Assembly: GCF_018350175.1 (NCBI RefSeq) | Contig: NC_058372.1 | Coordinates: forward strand, 30,442,001-30,506,000 | Length of the DNA: 64,000 bases | From: Felis catus | Taxonomy: Eukaryota | Direction of reading: 5' to 3' | Shown here: piece by piece, positions 61,913 to 64,000 of the stretch | How positions within the stretch are numbered: position 1 is the first letter of the stretch | Layout of the letters: every line of letters begins with the position of its first letter | Program-made: the position numbers and the translations under genes | The notes under the pieces: model-generated | What the model was told of the DNA's origin: nothing | Seen by the model: the letters and a program-made list of their open reading frames with translations, nothing else | Database searches by the model: none

Positions 61913-63154
61913 TGGCCTATTAAGCCTCTGCCAAAACATACCAAAGCTTACACATACCATAATGTGGGTTTTTCTAAACTTCACACCCAGATTACCAATC
62001 CTCATGTCACTATAAAGGCCTATATCAGCACCCAAAGCAACCTTCGTGCACCCTCCCAGGCACTTCTAACTTGGGTAGCCGCTGTCCTGAGTTGTAGCTG
62101 CTTAGAGGAATTTTGTCTGTGTGCTTGGTACAAAGGGCATCATGCAGCATATACTCTTACACAACATTTTGCACATATGTTAGCAGAGATCCCTGGCCCT
62201 TTAAATAGCCTATGCTCTGGCAGGAAACCCCAATATTAATTGGTAGGTAAGAGAGCAGTGTGGGGGGGGGGGGAGGTGTACAAAAATAAGTACAAACCTT
62301 CAGTGTGCCCTCCTGTCTGGGCCCACTTTCCCCCCATCATCTCTGACTTCAGTGTAGAAGTCTAGGTTTATACAGCTCTAGCAAGTCGAACTAGACGATG
62401 GTCTCAGAGGCTGAGGAACCCAAGGCCCAAGATTAGGCAGTAACTTCCCACATGGTCCTTGAAGAGGGAAGCTGAGCCTGGGTTCCGGCCAGGGCTCCAC
62501 TAGATCTAGTGGCTCTTCCACAGGGTGCTTCCCCCCACCCTCTCCCTGGGCCTGGTCCCAGGCCTCATAGCTCCACTCCCGCCAGCCCTCACCTCCCACA
62601 CCGTGGACCTCCCCCAGCCCAGGCCCCACATAGCACTGCCAAGGGTGCCCACTGCCCTTTTGCCCTTCGCCACAGAAAGGCTTCCAGTTCTTCACCTTTT
62701 GTGCCTAGAGCTGAATCCAAGACATGGAGGTCGGGCAGAAGCAGAGTTCAACAGAGCTGGGAGCCCCGAGGTGGGGCAGTCAGGTGGGACCTCAGCTTTC
62801 CTCAGCCTCCACCACTACCAGAAGAGAGAGACGAGCTCTACAGTTTGTACACCAATTTATTTGCGAGGAACACCTGGGGACTTGAGGCTAGAGAGGCCCA
62901 TGGTGGGAGAAGGGGCAAAGCAAGGCCAAGAAACAGCTGAGAGATGGGAGGAGAGAAGAGTAAAGCCATCAAACCGTGAGGACTTGAAGGGAAAACTCAG
63001 AATTCTGGAGAGGGGACCTGGGGGAGGGGCTGAGTGGGAAGAGGGGTGTTGGGTGTCAACTAGGAGGCCAATAGGGCCGGTAAAAGGGACTAGAAGTTGT
63101 TCTGGCTCTGCCACCCAGATGGAAATCAGGAAGATGGATGGCAACTAGCAGGGT

Positions 63155-63160
63155 TTTATT
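63155..63160 (-). terminator. LY6G5C polyadenylation signal
   Basis: TTTATT on the + strand, ~20 nt after the stop. Confidence 0.7.
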
Positions 63161-63181
63161 CTAAAAGTCTCTGCGGAAGTT

Positions 63182-63345
63182 CTAAGGAATATAGAACACT
63201 CTGTTCTGAGGGTTATTGCAGAACTCCAGGAAGCAGCATCGAGAAAATATCCAGAAGCCAAACACTGGAGAAGAGCGGGTATACGAACAATCACTCATCT
63301 GCTCCTTGCGGCGGCAGTCACTCACCATGATGTCAGAACCACTGC
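63182..63345 (-). CDS. LY6G5C: LY6G5C terminal coding exon (gene continues beyond the window)
   Basis: After a CCAG acceptor it reads SGSDIMVSDCRRKEQMSDCSYTRSSPVFGFWIFSRCCFLEFCNNPQNRVFYIP*, with the LU-domain CCxxxxCN end. Syntenic; absent from the ORF track. Confidence 0.92.
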
Positions 63346-63580
63346 CTGGGGAAGGATGGCAGCAACCAGTGATACAGACATCTCAGGTCCCAGGCACAAT
63401 CCCAGACTCTTCCATCCCCTCCCTCCACATGGACTTACCATCACTGATCCCACACCCTTCCCTGACCCCCCCAAATGCCAAGATTCCTGGAACTGGACAG
63501 GGGCAGGAATGCCAGGGAGTCACCAGCTATGGATCCCATGGAAGACTGGTGGGAAAGAGCCATTCAAAATAAAGTGATGC

Positions 63581-63800
63581 GGGGCACCTGGGTGGCTCAG
63601 TTGGTTAAGCATCCGACTTTGGCTCAGGCCATGGTCTCACAGTTCGTGAGTTCAAGCCCCGCATCTGGCGCTGTGCTGACATGACAGCTCAGAGCCTGGA
63701 GCCTGTTTCAGATTCTGTATCTCCCTCTCTGCCCCTCTCCGACTTGTGCTCTCTCTGTCTCTCTCTCTCAAAAATAAATAAATATTAAAAATTTTTTAAA
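63581..63800 (+). mobile_element. Can-SINE in a LY6G5C intron
   Basis: Full head and tail; imperfect TSD AAAATAAAGTGATG / AAAATACAGCGATG. Confidence 0.9.
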
Positions 63801-64000
63801 AATACAGCGATGGTTGGAGGGGGCTGAGTTGGGTCTTGCTGGGGGAGAACTAGCACTTCAGCTGGGACCATAAAAAAAAAGTTGGGAGATGTATTGGAGG
63901 TCAGATTGCAAAGAAAAGGTGTTTGTCATCATTTTATGGAACAAAAGAGAAGTTGGTATCTCTTGCTATTATATATATATTAGAGGGGGAAAAAATGTGT

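Noticed and set aside
62509-63572. Plus-strand ORFs (143, 207 and 118 aa) ending near AATAAA at 63568, suggesting a novel gene
   Set aside because: They have non-ATG starts and no domain. The 118-aa frame is antisense to the real LY6G5C exon, and the AATAAA lies in the TSD of the adjacent SINE.

Overview
Mammalian genomic DNA from a cat-family carnivore (dense feliform Can-SINEs), covering the gene-dense MHC class III region in conserved order: AIF1 (+), PRRC2A/BAT2 (+, hosting SNORA38), BAG6/BAT3 (-), APOM (+), C6orf47 (-), GPANK1/BAT4 (-), CSNK2B (+), LY6G5B (+) and the last exon of LY6G5C (-). Exon-intron structures were traced by hand. AIF1, APOM, C6orf47, GPANK1, CSNK2B and LY6G5B give complete open frames. 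PRRC2A and BAG6 are partly hidden by ten N-runs that look like computational masking rather than assembly gaps. The first ~13.5 kb and last ~3.5 kb are packed with SINEs and older repeats. I found no wholly new gene system. The best leads are an octamer (POU-factor) cluster upstream of PRRC2A, a GC-AG intron with a retention-linked premature stop in PRRC2A, a phospho-FFAT-like motif in the uncharacterised membrane protein C6orf47, a CRE-like cluster plus TATA inside APOM intron 5, and repeated SINE insertion at one target site. Gene identities and comparisons with human rest on my recall of the orthologues, not on database searches.
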